A stretch of DNA of 64,000 bases from Sphingomonadales bacterium (GTDB lineage Bacteria > Pseudomonadota > Alphaproteobacteria > Sphingomonadales > Sphingomonadaceae). Numbering within the stretch: the stretch's first letter is position 1; each line of letters starts with the position of its first letter. Of this stretch, positions 53,463 through 64,000 are shown in pieces. The notes under the pieces are model-generated. The model worked only from the letters and a program-made list of their open reading frames with translations. It was not told where the DNA came from and made no database searches. The stretch lies in the NCBI GenBank assembly GCA_012032285.1, contig JAAURJ010000009.1, forward strand, positions 2,269 to 66,268, in the 5' to 3' direction. The translations under genes and the position numbers were made by a program.

Positions 53463-54845
53463 CTATGCCTGAACCACCGCACCATATAGGTCATGTTCGT
53501 CGGCATCCTCTATTGCCACATGAACAATCGCGCCGGGCCGTAAATCCACCGCCACATCGCGCAGATAGACATGGCCGTCAATTTCCGGTGCATCGGCTTG
53601 TGAACGGCCGGTAGCGCCTATGCTGCCCTCTTCGTCCGCTTCGCCCACTTCATCAATGATGACGGGCAAGGTGCGGCCGACTTTCGCTTGTAATTTGGCG
53701 GCACTGATCGCCGCGGTTTTTGCCATGATCCGTTGATAGCGCTCTTCTTTAACCTCTTCCGGTAGCGCCCCGTCCAGCGCATTGGCCTGCGCCCCTTCCA
53801 CAGGTTCAAACCGGAATGCACCCACCCGGTCAAGCTGCGCCTCGTCCAGCCAATCGAGCAGATATTCAAAATCCGCCTCGCTTTCACCGGGAAATCCGAC
53901 AACAAAGCTCGACCGCACGGCAATATCGGGGCAAATGTCACGCCAGCTTTTAAGCCTTTCAAGCACCTTCGCCTCATTGGCGGGGCGTTTCATGCGTTTC
54001 AGCACCGATGGCGCGGCGTGCTGGAACGGGATATCGAGATAAGGCGTTAGCAGCCCTTCGGCCATCAGCGGGATAACGGCATCGACATGGGGATAAGGAT
54101 AAACATAATGCAGCCTGGTCCAGGGCGCATAGCCTTCTATGGTGCGCAGCTGCCCCAATTCGCGGGCCAGATCGGTCATATGGGCGCGGACCTCGCGGTC
54201 TTTCCACATTTTTGCCTCATGCCTAGTATCGACGCCATAGGCCGATGTATCCTGCGATATGACCAGCAGCTCCTTGGTTCCGGCGGCCAACAGCTTTTCT
54301 GCCTCGCGCAATACAGCGTCGATCCGGCGGCTGACCAGCTTGCCCCGCAAATCAGGAATGATGCAAAAGGAACAACTATGATTGCACCCTTCGGAGATTT
54401 TCAAATAGCTATAATGGCGCGGGGTCAGTTTTAGTCCGCCGATTGCGTCCAGATTGGGAACCAAGTCGATAAAGGCCCCGCGCGCGGGCGGTGCCGCCTG
54501 ATGCACTGCCCCCACAACATCTTCATATTGATGCGCCCCGGTGACGGCCAAAACCTGTGGAAAGCGGTTCATAATGAGTTCCGCCTCATTGCCCATACAT
54601 CCGGTGACAATGACGCGCCCATTTTCGGCGATTGCCTCGCCAATAGCCTCTAAGCTCTCTTCCTTTGCCGAATCCAGAAAGCCGCAAGTGTTAACAAGCA
54701 CCACGTCCGCGCCCGCATAATCGGGGGACATTTCATAACCGTCGGCGCGTAATTTGGTCAATATCCGCTCGCTATCGACCAGCGCCTTGGGACAGCCCAG
54801 AGAAACCATGCCCACTTTGGGCGCCTGTTGAATTTTGGTAGCCAT
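53463..54845 (-). CDS. rimO: Ribosomal protein S12 methylthiotransferase RimO
   Basis: [36 protein letters not shown]-like C-terminus; start at MATK. Confidence 0.96.
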   Translation of the reverse strand: MATKIQQAPKVGMVSLGCPKALVDSERILTKLRADGYEMSPDYAGADVVLVNTCGFLDSAKEESLEAIGEAIAENGRVIVTGCMGNEAELIMNRFPQVLAVTGAHQYEDVVGAVHQAAPPARGAFIDLVPNLDAIGGLKLTPRHYSYLKISEGCNHSCSFCIIPDLRGKLVSRRIDAVLREAEKLLAAGTKELLVISQDTSAYGVDTRHEAKMWKDREVRAHMTDLARELGQLRTIEGYAPWTRLHYVYPYPHVDAVIPLMAEGLLTPYLDIPFQHAAPSVLKRMKRPANEAKVLERLKSWRDICPDIAVRSSFVVGFPGESEADFEYLLDWLDEAQLDRVGAFRFEPVEGAQANALDGALPEEVKEERYQRIMAKTAAISAAKLQAKVGRTLPVIIDEVGEADEEGSIGATGRSQADAPEIDGHVYLRDVAVDLRPGAIVHVAIEDADEHDLYGAVVQA

Positions 54846-54966
54846 ATTGCGCCTGCGCATAGGCGCTTTCATGCCGCTTGTCACCAACGGGTTTTTGGGG
54901 CAGCGTTGCGGGCGGCCAATATTGCCACATATCATCATCGTTACTGACTGAATGAAAGGAGAAGTT

Positions 54967-55371
54967 ATGGGGAATATCAATCTTCTCGCGGTGTTTGCTG
55001 CGGCGGCATCGGGATTTCTGGTTGGCGGGCTATGGTATGGACCGCTCTTCGGCAAAATATGGATGAAGGAGCATGGCTATACAGAAGAGGATCTGGCCAA
55101 GGGCAATATGATCAAAATCTATGGCCTGACCTTTGCGTTCAGCGTTTTGTCCGCGCTGATGCTGGGCCATTTATTTGCGCGGACGGGGGTGAGTGAAAAC
55201 CATATCGTCATGATGATGTCGGTTGGCATTGCAATTGGCTTTATCATTCCGGCGATCGGGACCAATTATCTGTTTTCGCAAAAATCGGGGAAGCTGTTTG
55301 CAATAGATGCCGGTTACTGGGTCTGCTTTTACGCGGTCATGGGGATCATATTCATGCTTTTGGGGGCATAA
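54967..55371 (+). CDS. DUF1761 family membrane protein
   Basis: INLLAV..AA...[13 protein letters not shown]; LFAIDAGY; four TM. Confidence 0.8.
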   Translation: MGNINLLAVFAAAASGFLVGGLWYGPLFGKIWMKEHGYTEEDLAKGNMIKIYGLTFAFSVLSALMLGHLFARTGVSENHIVMMMSVGIAIGFIIPAIGTNYLFSQKSGKLFAIDAGYWVCFYAVMGIIFMLLGA

Positions 55372-55393
55372 GCTTAGGGTCAATGTCCTGACC

Positions 55394-56257
55394 CTAGATA
55401 AAATCTATACTTTTATCGGAAATGCGAACATCAACCGGAAGGTAGCAGGCAATGTCTCCGTCTACTTGAACAGGGATTGATTCTGGCCCCGTTATGGTGG
55501 CGGTGCACGATTGTAGCCGCAGCCATTTGCGGCTGGCAAAAACCGGATGAACCGCAACCGCCACTATCAGGCGCAGATAATCGCGCCGCCGCGCCGTTGG
55601 TAATAACAGCAAGTTGAAATGCCGCTGTGTCATGTCCGCCGTCCGATCAATCATCCAAGACCCGGCAAAATAGCGCCCCTTTAGCACAAAGGCGGCCTCG
55701 CATGGATATTCGCCCGTATCGGTGCGCACCTGCATCGCATGGCGCGGCCAACGCAGCAGCAGCCGCGCAAAGGCGGCGGCATAGGCAAAGCGTCCAATAC
55801 GCCGTTTCAAATTTTCCGATACAATATCCACCGCCATGCTGTCGGGACCAGCCGACAGGCAGACAAGCATGGCCGCACGACCGGCAAAGGCATGAAAATG
55901 GCGCCGCATCTGACCTGCATCGCGCCCGGTGGTTCGGGTAACAAAGGCGTCAATATCCGGCGGATAGCCCGCCTCCCGGGCCACAAGGTTGATGGTGCCG
56001 CCCGGAAACATGGTGACAGGAGGAATAATCTCCGCATCCTGGATCCGCGCTATCACATCACGCAGGGTGCCGTCACCGCCCGAAACGCAAAGCTGCGCCG
56101 CGCCCAAAACCCTGTCTGTAAAATCAGGGGCATAGCTGTCAATCAGATGCGCGTCATATCCGGCGGCATTATAAGCAGCGGCAAGCCGTTCCAGCCTATC
56201 GCGCCGGTAGCTACCCGATTTCGGGTTATACGCAATCGCAATAAAAGGGCGGTTCAA
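55394..56257 (-). CDS. Diacylglycerol kinase family lipid kinase
   Basis: YNPKSG, GGDGT, PGGTINL, QVDGD. Confidence 0.85.
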   Translation of the reverse strand: MNRPFIAIAYNPKSGSYRRDRLERLAAAYNAAGYDAHLIDSYAPDFTDRVLGAAQLCVSGGDGTLRDVIARIQDAEIIPPVTMFPGGTINLVAREAGYPPDIDAFVTRTTGRDAGQMRRHFHAFAGRAAMLVCLSAGPDSMAVDIVSENLKRRIGRFAYAAAFARLLLRWPRHAMQVRTDTGEYPCEAAFVLKGRYFAGSWMIDRTADMTQRHFNLLLLPTARRRDYLRLIVAVAVHPVFASRKWLRLQSCTATITGPESIPVQVDGDIACYLPVDVRISDKSIDFI

Positions 56258-57284
56258 AGCCTGTCCACATTGGGAACAATCTCCACAATTATATCACCCT
56301 CCTCCAACAACTGTGCTTCTGCTTCCCAAAAACCATAGGCTTTGATACCGCGATAGACGCGCAAACCAACCGCTTCGGTGCGGCCGCGCAATGGTTCGCC
56401 CACCTCTTCTTTTGTTACCACCCGTTCGCGCAGCATTACGCGCCCGCGCACCGTGGCAAGGTCGCTCATATATTCGGAAATATGTTCGCCATGACAGGTT
56501 CCGGCAAGCAAGAAGCCAGCAAAATTGACAGGGTTGATTACATTATTCGCGCCCGCCTGCCGCGCCAGCAACTCATTGTCCGATGCCCTAACAACGACGC
56601 TGATCGGCACGGTGGGGGCAAGGTGCCGCACGGTGAGGACGATCAGGATCGACGTATCATCGCGCCCCGCCGAAACGATAACACTTTCGGCCTGCCGCAC
56701 CTTCACACTCACCAAAGTCTGGTCGCGCGTGGCATCGGCATTCAGCACATTGCAGCCCAGTTTTTCTGCATCCTCCAAATTGCCATCGCCATTGTCGATC
56801 ACCACAATTTTGCGCGGATTTTGTCCGCGGGCAATCAGCTCCTTCACCGCTTCTGACCCAGACACGCCAAAACCGATCACTACGATATGGCCAGTTAAAT
56901 TGCGTTGCAAAATCTTCATACGCCACCTGTTCCATGTTTTTGCAGCACGAAATTATAGGCCGTGCCAAGAAAAATTAATACCACAAACACCCGGATAGGC
57001 GTGACCACCAGTGCGTCGAACATCCGCGCCCTTTCGGTCACCGGAGCGATGTCGCCATAGCCTGTTGTGGTAATCGAAATCATTGTGAAATATATGATGT
57101 CCAGAAAACTAATATGGCCATCATAATTATCTTTCAAACCGTCACGGTCGAACCAATGGACAGCAATAGCCGTACCAATAAGCGCAAGCACAAATCCGAC
57201 ACGGATCATGATATCGACCCAAAGCGGTAACCCGGATTTGCGCGTTAATGTCCGGTAATTGCCAAGGGGGCGTTGACCACTCAT
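56254..57284 (-). CDS. Potassium channel with TrkA-N/RCK domain (apparent frameshift at run 56937-56941)
   Basis: Filter TTTGYGD; one added A gives QKTWNRWRMK, joining HIVVIGFGVSG and ADAT RCK motifs. Confidence 0.88.
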
Positions 57285-58389
57285 CGCGCAGACAATAATA
57301 TTGCGGGATCGACGGGTTTACGGTCCCTTCTTATTTCAAAATGCAATTGTGGCCGATCAACATAGCCGGTTGCGCCGACGCTGCCCAATTTTTGTCCGGC
57401 CTTAACCTTATCACCCCGCACGACGGTCAGTTCGCCCAAATGGCCGTAGGCAGTAACCCAGCCGCCGCCATGATCAACCAGCACCAAGCCGCCGAAAACG
57501 CCGATTTCATTACCGCTATAGACAATGACCCCATCGCCTGATGCGCCAACAGCAGCGCCAAGATCGGCGGCAATATTGATGCCATCATTTACCTTGCCCC
57601 CGCCCTTGCTGCCAAAGCTCGAAATGATAGGGCCAGTAATCGGCCATGCAAATCGCCCTCCAAAGTTGGCCGGCCTGTCAACGGCGGTGGCAAAATTGGT
57701 CCGCACGACGGGCAATTGGACCGCCGTGCCGGTTTCTGCATTGGCAAAGGCAGGCTCGCTGCCGGTAACCACATCATCGATGTTGAGGGTGAAGCGTGCG
57801 GCTCGCTGTTCCGGGGACAATGCACCTAAGCCCGCGTCATTGCTGGCCGATGCAGCTGCGCCAGCGGGTAATTTCAATCTTTGCCCAACGCCCAAAATAT
57901 AAGGCGCCTGCAAATTATTGATGGTGACAATATCGCTCCATGACACGCCATATGCCCGGGCAATGGCTATGCCTGTCTCTCCTGTATTGACGCTGTGATA
58001 CAGACCGGTGGGTATAGTCAAACGTTGCCCCACGCGCAGCACATAGGGCGCTGAAAGGCTATTTTCCGCCGCAATATCGGTAAGTGAAGCGCCAGTTTGA
58101 GCAACAATACGGTAGAGCGTATCGCCCGGTTGCACCAGATATGTTCCGCCATCGACCTGCCGCGAATTGCGCTCGACTATGGCCGGGCTCCAGCTTGGGG
58201 TAGCCGCAATGACTTCATTTCGGGAACCAGTTGCGGCTGATCTTCGCTGGCGCGTATATCGCCGGTGCTGTTGCCCGCCGCTTGAATCCGGTAATCGCCT
58301 GACCCTTTTGGAATGCAAGCGGAAACCGTCATGGCCGCTGCGCACAGCAATATATTTATGCCCCATTTCCGGTTATTATGCCCGCTCAT
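57281..58389 (-). CDS. nlpD: LysM + M23 lipoprotein, NlpD-like (apparent frameshift at 58218-58220)
   Basis: Lipobox VSAC in upstream frame; two LysM repeats; M23 NDGINI, AYGHL, LHFEIR; follows surE. Confidence 0.8.
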
Positions 58390-58430
58390 ACCCATGTCTT
58401 TACGTGCATATCCGGTTCATGCCAATAGCT

Positions 58431-59201
58431 CTATGCTCCGCCATAGGCGCTAGACAATGTGGGCAGAGACTGCTGGTGGGTCAAATCAAGTTGCAACGGG
58501 GTTACCGAGATAAACCCGTCCCCGGTTGATTCCAAATCGGTCTCATGCTCCGGCGTATGTTCAATACCGTGCAGGCCAAACCAGTAATAATCATAGCCGC
58601 GCGGATCGGTGCCCTTCACTATGGCGGCACGGGCATAATCGTGAAAACCCTGCCGCACCACGCGAATACCCTTCACCTGTTCGGCCGCGAGCGCAGGAAA
58701 GTTGATATTGATCAGCGTTCGGGGCGCAAATTCCAGATTGATCACCGGTTCCAAAGCGCGTTTTCCCCATTTTTCCGCCGCGTCAAAGGATACATTATCG
58801 CCCAGTCCCGCCTTGCCATAAACCTGGCTGAGCGCGATCGAACGCACCCCGGCCAGCGTCCCTTCCATCGCGGCGCTGACCGTGCCCGAATAGGTCACAT
58901 CATCGCCCAGATTGGCCCCGCGATTGACGCCTGAAAGGATCAGATCGGGCAGGCAGTCCTTCATGATTTCGCCCACAGCAAGCATAACGGAATCGGTGGG
59001 CGTGCCGGAAACCGAATAATGTTTCGGGCCATGTTCGCGTATCCGCACAGGCCGGGTCAGCGTCAGCGAATGGCCCGCCCCCGAATTTTCCTCTGCCGGG
59101 GCGACTATCCAGATATCATCGCTAAATTGCCGGGCAATCGCCTCCAGCACCTTTAATCCCGGGGCGTTGACGCCGTCATCATTGGTGAGCAGGATACGCA
59201 T
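58431..59201 (-). CDS. surE: 5'/3'-nucleotidase SurE
   Basis: [41 protein letters not shown]. Confidence 0.97.
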   Translation of the reverse strand: MRILLTNDDGVNAPGLKVLEAIARQFSDDIWIVAPAEENSGAGHSLTLTRPVRIREHGPKHYSVSGTPTDSVMLAVGEIMKDCLPDLILSGVNRGANLGDDVTYSGTVSAAMEGTLAGVRSIALSQVYGKAGLGDNVSFDAAEKWGKRALEPVINLEFAPRTLININFPALAAEQVKGIRVVRQGFHDYARAAIVKGTDPRGYDYYWFGLHGIEHTPEHETDLESTGDGFISVTPLQLDLTHQQSLPTLSSAYGGA

Positions 59202-60481
59202 TATTTTAAAGGCTCCAATCGATTAATCCCGCCCATATAAGGGCGTAGTATATCTGGCACAGTGACACTGCCATCGGCCTCTTGGTAATTTTCGATCACC
59301 GCCACCAATGTCCGCCCTACCGCCAAACCCGAACCGTTTAGGGTGTGAACAAATTGCGTCTGCTTTTCCCCTTCTGGACGGTAGCGAGCGTTCATCCGCC
59401 GCGATTGAAAATCACCGCAATTCGAACAGCTGCTAATCTCACGGTATAGCCCCTGCCCCGGCAACCACACCTCCAGATCATAGGTTTTACGGGCACCAAA
59501 TCCCATATCGCCGGTGCATAGCAGCATTTTGCGGTAAGGCAGGTTCAGCGCCTGTAATATCCCCTCCGCCGCCGCTGTCATGCGTTCATGTTCGGCCGCA
59601 CTATCTTCGGCGCGGGTGATGCTAACCATCTCGACCTTTTCAAACTGATGCTGACGGATCAAGCCCTTGGTATCCTTGCCGGCCGAGCCCGCTTCGCTGC
59701 GGAAACAAGGGGTCAGCGCGGTCAAGCGGATGGGAAGCGCCGCATCCTCGATAATGTCACCTGCAACGCTGTTGGTCAGCGAGACTTCCGATGTCGGGAT
59801 CAACCAGCGGCCATCGGTCGTTTGAAATAGGTCTTCGGAAAATTTCGGCAACTGCCCCGTGCCATATAACGCTTCATCACGCACCATATAGGGCGTCGCG
59901 CATTCGCTATAGCCATTCTCGCCTGTTTGCTGGTCTAACATAAACTGCCCCAGCGCCCGGTTGAGCCGCGCCATTTGACCGCGCATAAAGGTAAAGCGCG
60001 CTCCTGACAGTTTTACTCCGGTTTCAAAATCAAGACCGAGTGCAGGGCCGATATCGGCATGGTCCTTGGGATCAAAATCGAAAACCCGCAGCTGGCCCCA
60101 TTTGGTCAATTCGGCATTGTCATTTTCATCCACGCCGTCCGGCACATCGTCAAAGGGCAAATTGGGCAGACCGGATAGCAGGGCATTCAACTTTGCCATT
60201 ATACTGCGTTCCTGCTCTTCCATTTCGGGCATTTTGCTTTTCAGCGCGGCAACTTCGGCCTTCAACGCCTCTGCCTTGTCCTTATTCCCCTGACCCATGG
60301 CTGTGCCAATGGCTTTTGATGCCTCGTTGCGCCGCGCCTGTGCCTCTTGTAATTCGGTTTGCAGGGCGCGTTTTTGGGTGTCCAGCGCGATGATTTCATT
60401 TGCAACCATTTGGGCGCCGCGCCGGATAAGCGCCGCGTCAAAAGCTTCGGGATTTTCACGAATAAATTTTATGTCATGCAT
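59201..60481 (-). CDS. serS: Seryl-tRNA synthetase
   Basis: [47 protein letters not shown]. Confidence 0.98.
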   Translation of the reverse strand: MHDIKFIRENPEAFDAALIRRGAQMVANEIIALDTQKRALQTELQEAQARRNEASKAIGTAMGQGNKDKAEALKAEVAALKSKMPEMEEQERSIMAKLNALLSGLPNLPFDDVPDGVDENDNAELTKWGQLRVFDFDPKDHADIGPALGLDFETGVKLSGARFTFMRGQMARLNRALGQFMLDQQTGENGYSECATPYMVRDEALYGTGQLPKFSEDLFQTTDGRWLIPTSEVSLTNSVAGDIIEDAALPIRLTALTPCFRSEAGSAGKDTKGLIRQHQFEKVEMVSITRAEDSAAEHERMTAAAEGILQALNLPYRKMLLCTGDMGFGARKTYDLEVWLPGQGLYREISSCSNCGDFQSRRMNARYRPEGEKQTQFVHTLNGSGLAVGRTLVAVIENYQEADGSVTVPDILRPYMGGINRLEPLK

Positions 60482-60538
60482 AATGGCAGGGCTATGCCGA
60501 GCCGCTGTAACTTAGGCAAGGGTAAAGAGGCAAAAACA

Positions 60539-60569
60539 AAAAAGGCGGTCCGTAATCGGCCGCCTTTTT
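60539..60569 (-). terminator. Intrinsic terminator after the PEP-CTERM protein gene
   Basis: Minus strand AAAAAGGCGGCCG-ATTA-CGGACCGCC-TTTTTT. Confidence 0.8.
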
Positions 60570-60592
60570 CATGAACATTGAACTTGGGATTT

Positions 60593-61921
60593 TTAAGCTG
60601 GTAACTCTTCACTTTGCTTTTTCTTGCTCCGGCGGCGGGCAAACATCGCCGCAGCCGCCGCACCGAACAACAGAACCATAGGCGGTGCCGGAACATCAGT
60701 GCCGCCTGTGGAGCCGCCACCCGAACCGCCGCCCGAACCACCACTCGATGACGAGGATGTGGACGAAGAGGAACTGGAGCTGCCCGAAGAACTACTGGTG
60801 GAACCCCCAAAGCTGGAACTACCGGTGGAGCCACCGCTTGAAGAAGAGGAGCTGCTGGAAGAACTGCTCGAAGATGACGAAGAGCTGCTTCCTGACGAAC
60901 CACCCGAAGATGTGTTTCCGCTAGAAGTGTTTCCGCTGCTTGACGGATGTGGATCACCGCTGGAGGTCATTCCCGAACTGGTCATTCCCGAACTGGTCAT
61001 TCCCGAACTGGTCATTCCCGAACTGGTCATTCCACCCGAGCTGGAAGAAGAAGAAGAGCTGGACGAACTGCTGCTTGACGAAGAGCTGCTCGACGACGAC
61101 GAAGATCCACCAATAACATTGCCAGACGAACTGCTCACACCGCCGGTCGAAGAACTGACGTTACCCGATGAGCTGCTAACGCCGCCGGTCGAAGAACTGA
61201 CATTACCCGACGAGCTGCTGACGCCGCCGGTTGACGATGATATATCAACATTGCCAGACGAACTGCTAATATTACCAGAAGAGGTGCTGGTTGATCCGCC
61301 AGTGGACGAAAAACCGCCGGTCGAAGAGCTGGTCGAACCGCCGGTGGAAGAGAAGCCACCGGTCGAAGAGCTGGTTGAACCGCCATTATTGCTATTGTCG
61401 ATATCGATATTGACGCCGCCATTGGAACCGCCATTGCCGCCGCCGCTCGATGTCGAGGAGATGACAACCGTTCCGCCGCCACCGCCGCCGCCGGAGAAGC
61501 CGCCAAAGAAACCTCCACCAAATCCGCCGCCAGCATAGCCGCCACCGCTTCCGCCGACCAAAACAGGGGCACCGCCGCCAAAGCCGCCTTCATAAGGCAC
61601 TGGCGCGGGTGGCGGAACATAGGGTAGCGGCACGGGCGGCAAGGGAGCAGCCTGCTGCGTTGCCACTTTCACCACTGTTGGGGTGCAACTGGTCGTAGTT
61701 TTTGTTGTCCGTACCACGCGGCGAACACGTTTTGTTGAACGCGCAGGCGCTCTGGCCGCGACTTTACGCGCCTTTACCTTTTTCTTGGCGTAACTTACCT
61801 TACGAACCTGTTGATATTCCGGTCCTGGTGCCCCCGCAGTCACGGAAACCGCGCCGCCACCAATAAGTGCTCCCCCGCAAGTGCAGGCACATAATTTTGC
61901 TAAAGCCATGCGTACTGACAT
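60593..61921 (-). CDS. Ser/Gly/Thr-rich surface protein with PEP-CTERM-type sorting signal
   Basis: C-terminus TDVPAPPMVLLFGAAAAAMFARRRSKKK (VPxP, TM, Arg cluster); hydrophobic N-terminal segment; low-complexity body. Confidence 0.85.
   Translation of the reverse strand: MSVRMALAKLCACTCGGALIGGGAVSVTAGAPGPEYQQVRKVSYAKKKVKARKVAARAPARSTKRVRRVVRTTKTTTSCTPTVVKVATQQAAPLPPVPLPYVPPPAPVPYEGGFGGGAPVLVGGSGGGYAGGGFGGGFFGGFSGGGGGGGTVVISSTSSGGGNGGSNGGVNIDIDNSNNGGSTSSSTGGFSSTGGSTSSSTGGFSSTGGSTSTSSGNISSSSGNVDISSSTGGVSSSSGNVSSSTGGVSSSSGNVSSSTGGVSSSSGNVIGGSSSSSSSSSSSSSSSSSSSSSSSGGMTSSGMTSSGMTSSGMTSSGMTSSGDPHPSSSGNTSSGNTSSGGSSGSSSSSSSSSSSSSSSSSSGGSTGSSSFGGSTSSSSGSSSSSSSTSSSSSGGSGGGSGGGSTGGTDVPAPPMVLLFGAAAAAMFARRRSKKKQSEELPA
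60965..61033. repeat. Perfect 15-bp coding tandem repeat (SSGMT x about 5)
   Basis: GGTCATTCCCGAACT at 60965, 60980, 60995, 61010; partial copy at 61025. Confidence 0.95.
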
Positions 61922-62292
61922 AATATTAACCTTCTTCAGCTTGAAAAGCACCAGTCAGATTTACGAATGCAAATTAAACCAGAAACTTTCGGATGCCCCA
62001 TGAAAGACAGAATAAAAGCGGATCGACAATTGCGTTAACCCTGTTTGCGTAGCTGATATGTCTTTTTTTGAGAAAAATCTGTGTGCCAAATTGTAATCGT
62101 CCCGATGTGGAACTGTTTTGCGGTAAAGCGTTGACTGTTCAAGGATAGACAATCAGCTTTTTGCAGCTTGCAACCGGGCTTAACCGATTGGGCCTTGTGC
62201 CGTCACCATGCCGAGTCTATACGCCGCCCAAAGACGGTGGGCTTTTGAATCGGCACTGGCCTAAATCGTTATTACACGGCGGAGAGTATAGC

Positions 62293-62757
62293 ATGGGCGC
62301 AGGCGCCAAACAGGTTAACAAAGCCAATAAAAACAGTGATTTGGATATAGACCTTGATCCTGACTATGTCCCCGGCAATGATGAAGAATTTATGAATGAC
62401 AGGCAATTGGCCTTCTTCAAAAATCAGCTGAACAAATGGCGCAGAGAATTATTGGAAGAATCCCGGGGCACATTGAACCAGCTTCAGGACGCGCCGATAC
62501 GCGAACCCGACCTGAATGACCGGGCATCGAGCGAGACAGATTGGGGTATTGAACTGCGTACCCGCGACAGGCAGCGTAAACTGGTCGCCAAAATCGACGC
62601 CGCACTCCGCCGGATTGAAGAAGGCGAATATGGTTATTGCCAAGTTACCGGCGAACCGATTTCACTGGCGCGGCTGCAGGCAAGACCGATTGCGACCATG
62701 ACATTGGAAGCGCAGGAAAGGCATGAACGCCAAGAACGGGTTTCACGCGACGATTAA
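62293..62757 (+). CDS. dksA: RNA polymerase-binding protein DksA
   Basis: YVPGNDEEFMN..QL, DLNDRASSE, ELRTRDRQRKL, LQARP.AT; only one Cys of the Zn finger, as in alphaproteobacterial DksA. Confidence 0.95.
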   Translation: MGAGAKQVNKANKNSDLDIDLDPDYVPGNDEEFMNDRQLAFFKNQLNKWRRELLEESRGTLNQLQDAPIREPDLNDRASSETDWGIELRTRDRQRKLVAKIDAALRRIEEGEYGYCQVTGEPISLARLQARPIATMTLEAQERHERQERVSRDD

Positions 62758-62929
62758 CCGTGCGCCATCGCTCGATCAGGCCATATTGAATCCTATTAAT
62801 CCAAGGCTTCACAGCTAAATTCCTATATACTCAAACCGTTAAAAATAGCGGCTGCGTTAACCTTTTTGCTACGATTTTCTGCGAAACAACAGGCAGAAAA
62901 GATAACAATGTTATTCGGAAAACGCGCAA

Positions 62930-63337
62930 ATGAACGAAGCCTTTGGAAACTCTCCCATTAGCAGCCCTGCCGATATTAAGCGCGGTCAGGACAGGGACAG
63001 CTTGTTTTTGAAAGCCATTTTGCGTTTCCCCTCCACCGATGCAGAAGGCGAAGTGCGCATCCGTAACCTGTCCGCAGGCGGACTAATGGCAGAAGCGCCG
63101 GTGCGCGTAGCACGCGGTGAAAAGGTGGAAGTGAATCTGCGCAATATTGGCTGGATCGGCGGCAGCGTCGCTTGGGTAACCGAAGGCCGCATTGGCATTG
63201 CCTTCGATCACCCAATCGACCCCAAGGCCGCACGCAAACCCGCCGCTGACACTCACGCCCATGTGCCCCATTATCTCAAAAAACTAGACGAAGTGGCTAA
63301 GGTAAAAACCGACCCCAGCAAATTACGCCGGGTTTAA
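62930..63337 (+). CDS. PilZ domain protein
   Basis: RxxxR (RGQDR), IRNLSAGG, WVTEGRIGIAF. Confidence 0.85.
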   Translation: MNEAFGNSPISSPADIKRGQDRDSLFLKAILRFPSTDAEGEVRIRNLSAGGLMAEAPVRVARGEKVEVNLRNIGWIGGSVAWVTEGRIGIAFDHPIDPKAARKPAADTHAHVPHYLKKLDEVAKVKTDPSKLRRV

Positions 63338-63398
63338 GGTTCGTCCAGCTAAAGGACGCGCCATAGGGGTATATATGGGCAAGCAAAAAGCTTAAAAC

Positions 63399-64000
63399 TC
63401 AATTATCAAGCCAGTAAATATCCACAGGAACAGGAATTTTCGCCAGCACCTGTCCAATCGGATAAGCGGATTTAACACCCTCTTCAATCGCCTGATCCAG
63501 CACCGCTTTCTTCTCAGCGCCGTTGCAGGCGATCAGCACAGTCTTGGCGCTGGCAATCGCACTGGCGCTCAATGTTACGCGGTTAACCGGCGCTTCGGGC
63601 GGAAGAGGATCGGGCGCAACACCAACCGCGCGTACATCATCGCCCGCGCCCATCGCTTCTTCCAATCGGGTCCGGGAAAGATGGAAGCCGTATGTCCGTC
63701 CTTGCCAATACCCAGCCACACAAGATCGGGCGGCCAATGCAGATCCTGCAGCCGCGCATTGGCCGCGTTTCCAGCCAGTTTATAATCCTGCGCTTCGCTA
63801 TTCAACGGCAGCACGCGGGCGCCCAGCGGCAGGAATATCTTTGCCATCATAGCAACATTGGACAGCGGATTATCAACAGGAACCAGCCGGTCATCTGTTG
63901 GAATAATCGTTACATTTTTCCAGCGAATGGACGATTCGGCAAGCTTTGCAAATATCGGCCCCGGCGTTGACCCTCCAGGAAAAGCAACCAGTGCCTGACC
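63399..64000 (-). CDS. pgl: 6-phosphogluconolactonase, 3' part (apparent frameshift at 63664-63665)
   Basis: GGSTPGP, DDRLV, WLGIGKDGHTASIFPG; one added T gives PDLEEA; RVTLS, KKAVL. Confidence 0.85.

Noticed and set aside
60966-60975. GTCATTCCCG in the SSGMT repeat equals the head of the CGTC REP
   Set aside because: Only 10 bp, explained by Gly-Met-Thr codons; no REP hairpin follows.
60624-61538. 304-aa plus-strand Glu/Leu/Pro-rich ORF
   Set aside because: Antisense shadow of the Ser/Gly-rich gene, whose codons avoid stops on the other strand; the sorting signal is on the minus strand.
62074-62088. Sigma54 promoter for the PEP-CTERM gene (minus strand TGGCAC-N5-TTTT)
   Set aside because: The -24 box matches but the required -12 GC is absent.
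63340-63392. Promoter-like stretch followed by GCGTCCTTTAGCTGG resembling a tRNA 5' end (minus strand)
   Set aside because: No cloverleaf, T-loop or CCA follows; runs straight into the PilZ coding sequence.

Overview
Core-chromosome window from a sphingomonad alphaproteobacterium (Sphingomonadales; the genus is only an inference from gene style and order). It holds housekeeping genes (rph-rdgB, hemW, xerC, gshB, rsmI, def, recR, fmt, truA, atpHAGDC, galE, hslVU, map, argC, rimO, surE, serS, dksA, pgl). It also carries a complete exosortase A (XrtA/PEP-CTERM) exopolysaccharide locus at 11.4-24.3 kb and, 46 kb away, a Ser/Gly-rich PEP-CTERM-type substrate. The accessory material is small: (i) a 385-bp cassette in which a stand-alone GIY-YIG nuclease gene is bracketed by two inverted 28-bp CGTC-type REP palindromes (best candidate for an under-described mobile system), next to an unannotated RHH-like mini-ORF; (ii) a 4x42-bp palindromic tandem array; (iii) a degenerate REP doublet; (iv) a RES-Xre toxin-antitoxin pair. 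I count 17 single-base homopolymer indels breaking 15 genes, including normally essential map. These are most likely sequencing or assembly errors, not real pseudogenes. I found no CRISPR array, rRNA or tRNA. All product calls come from motif recognition by eye; no database search was run.
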